Shown here: one piece after another, positions 47,065 through 48,785 of the stretch
Layout of the letters: each line of letters opens with the position of its first letter
Position numbering within the stretch: the first letter of the stretch is position 1
Source of the DNA: Deltaproteobacteria bacterium
GTDB lineage: Bacteria > Desulfobacterota > Syntrophia > Syntrophales > JAFGIO01
Assembly (NCBI GenBank): GCA_016929555.1
Contig: JAFGIO010000211.1
Span: 1-48,785, forward strand
Direction of reading: 5' to 3'
Length of the DNA stretch: 48,785 bases
Notes under the pieces: model-generated
What the model was told of the DNA's origin: nothing
What the model saw: only the letters and a program-made list of their open reading frames with translations
The model's database searches: none
Position numbers and translations under genes: made by a program

Positions 47065-48785
47065 GACCGGCAATGCAACGACCGTATCCGTGGGAGGGAT
47101 GACCTGTGCGGCCTGCGTAAGAAGGGTGGAACAGGCCCTCCTGCGCCTGGAGGGCGTGACCGATGTGGGTGTAAATCTGGCGACGGGCAGAGCGACGATC
47201 GTTCACGGGAAAGTTTGGACTGGCCTTGGGGACGTAAGGCGTGTGATCGGGGAGCAGGGTTACGAATATCTCGGCGTTCCGGACGACTTGAGAGAAGATC
47301 CCGTTGCCGAGGCGAGGGAAAGGGAAATCAGGGACCTCGCCAGGAAGTTTGCCGTCGGCGCCGTTCTCAGCGTCTTGGTTTTTATGGGCTCCATGAGACA
47401 CTGGTTTCCCTTTCTTGCGGACATCGGACGCCAGTCCATGCTCGTTGGGCTGTTCATCCTGACGACACCTGTCGTGTTCTGGGTCGGAAGCCGCTTCTTT
47501 GCGGGCGCCCTCAAAGCGGCCAGGCAGAAGACGACCGACATGAACACGCTTGTGGCCGTCGGCGCCTTCTCGGCCTATCTCTATTCAGCGCTGGCAACAT
47601 TCTTCCCGTGGATCTTCACGAGCGCCGGTATCGTGCCCCATGCCTATTACGACGGGGCGGCGATGATCGTAACCCTGATCATCCTCGGCCGTCTGCTCGA
47701 GGCCAGGGCCAAGGGCAAAACCTCCCAGGCCATCCAGAAGCTTATGGAGCTCAAACCAAAGACAGCCCGCGTGATACGCATCGACGTAGAACGGGATATT
47801 CCAGTTGAAGCCATCATGAAGGGGGATCTGATTGTTGTGAGACCCGGGGAGAAAATCGCTACGGATGGTCTCGTCGTTACGGGTTCCTCGACGGTAGACG
47901 AATCGATGCTTACCGGAGAGAGCATGCCGGTCCTCAAGGAGGCGGGTGCCGAGGTCTTTGCCGCCACCGTCAACCAATCGGGCAGTTTTGTTTTCAGGGC
48001 TACCGGATTGGGCAGTGAAACAGCCCTGTCCCGAATCATCAAAATCGTGGAAGAGGCCCAGGGCTCGAAGGCGCCGATTCAGAGGTTGGCCGACAGGGTT
48101 GCTTCCGTCTTCGTTCCCGCCGTTTTCGCCGTCGGCATGATGACTTTTGTTGTCTGGTATCTCTTTGTGCCCGATCCGGATTTCAGCCGGGCCTTGCTGA
48201 ATTTTATTTCCGTACTGGTCATCGCCTGTCCCTGCGCCCTGGGATTGGCTACGCCGACAGCGGTCATGGTGGGAACGGGTCTCGGGGCCGAGCGGGGCAT
48301 CCTGATCAAGAGCGGAGAAAGTCTGGAGAATGCCTACAAACTGACGACGGTTGTCTTCGACAAGACGGGAACGCTGACAAGAGGCGAGCCCAGCGTCACC
48401 GATGTCGTCGTCGTTCCAGGCGGAAGGAGGGATCGTTTGATGCAGGTTGCCTTGTCCGTAGAGATGCTCTCCGAACATCCCCTGGCAAAATCCATCGTGG
48501 AGGAGGGACGCCGCGAGGGTTTTCAGGCAAACCCCGTGAAGGGCTTCGAAAGCCTTTCCGGGTTCGGTGCCAGGGCTGTTGTCGATGGCAGGCCCGCCCT
48601 GCTTGGAAACCTCATGCTGATGGAGCGGGAAGGCATCCTCATGAAAGGGCAGGAAGAAGCGGCCGAGCGGATGGCCGCCGACGGAAAGACCTGCGTCTTT
48701 GTCGCCTGGGGAGGCGAAATCCTGGGGATCTTCGGTCTTTCCGATGCGCCCAAGGAATCGGCCGCCCAAACCGTTTCGGCCCTGA
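47048..48785 (+). CDS. copA: Cu(I)-translocating P1B-type ATPase, 3' end outside the window
   Basis: Not in the ORF track (no stop in window); translated by hand: ATG 47048, [40 protein letters not shown]. Confidence 0.92.
   Translation, partial: MRSKAETGNATTVSVGGMTCAACVRRVEQALLRLEGVTDVGVNLATGRATIVHGKVWTGLGDVRRVIGEQGYEYLGVPDDLREDPVAEAREREIRDLARKFAVGAVLSVLVFMGSMRHWFPFLADIGRQSMLVGLFILTTPVVFWVGSRFFAGALKAARQKTTDMNTLVAVGAFSAYLYSALATFFPWIFTSAGIVPHAYYDGAAMIVTLIILGRLLEARAKGKTSQAIQKLMELKPKTARVIRIDVERDIPVEAIMKGDLIVVRPGEKIATDGLVVTGSSTVDESMLTGESMPVLKEAGAEVFAATVNQSGSFVFRATGLGSETALSRIIKIVEEAQGSKAPIQRLADRVASVFVPAVFAVGMMTFVVWYLFVPDPDFSRALLNFISVLVIACPCALGLATPTAVMVGTGLGAERGILIKSGESLENAYKLTTVVFDKTGTLTRGEPSVTDVVVVPGGRRDRLMQVALSVEMLSEHPLAKSIVEEGRREGFQANPVKGFESLSGFGARAVVDGRPALLGNLMLMEREGILMKGQEEAAERMAADGKTCVFVAWGGEILGIFGLSDAPKESAAQTVSAL

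Overview
Mostly housekeeping and metabolic DNA from a moderately GC-rich anaerobic bacterium. The gene content (three ADP-forming acyl-CoA synthetase paralogs, a tungsten-type aorABC, TIGR04076 and DUF1847 proteins, a CdaA-YbbR fusion) suggests Desulfobacterota, possibly Syntrophales; this is inference. From left to right: a C-GCAxxG-C-C protein; an acyl-CoA synthetase; an AOR plus alcohol dehydrogenase module bracketed by two direct copies of a ~160-bp MITE/REP-like element; an MltB-amidase-repeat fusion lipoprotein; two methyltransferases and YcjF; an orphan GspE/PilB ATPase converging on a GT2 plus membrane-protein pair; tauE, an epimerase and an ACD; an SLT with a structured leader; nadK-recN-GNAT-mltA; radical SAM and menA; hup; trpS-scpA-scpB-rluB; cdaA-ybbR; a cluster of small putative metal/redox genes; and copZ-copA (cut by the window edge). 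I recognised no rRNA, tRNA, CRISPR array or transposase. The best candidate for an undescribed system is the 43.4-46.7 kb cluster beside copZA: an exported SOR-like protein with a predicted N-terminal His, a cytochrome b561-like protein, SHOCT, DUF554, and a desulforedoxin-like protein with a Lys-rich tail. All calls come from motif recognition by eye; no searches were run.
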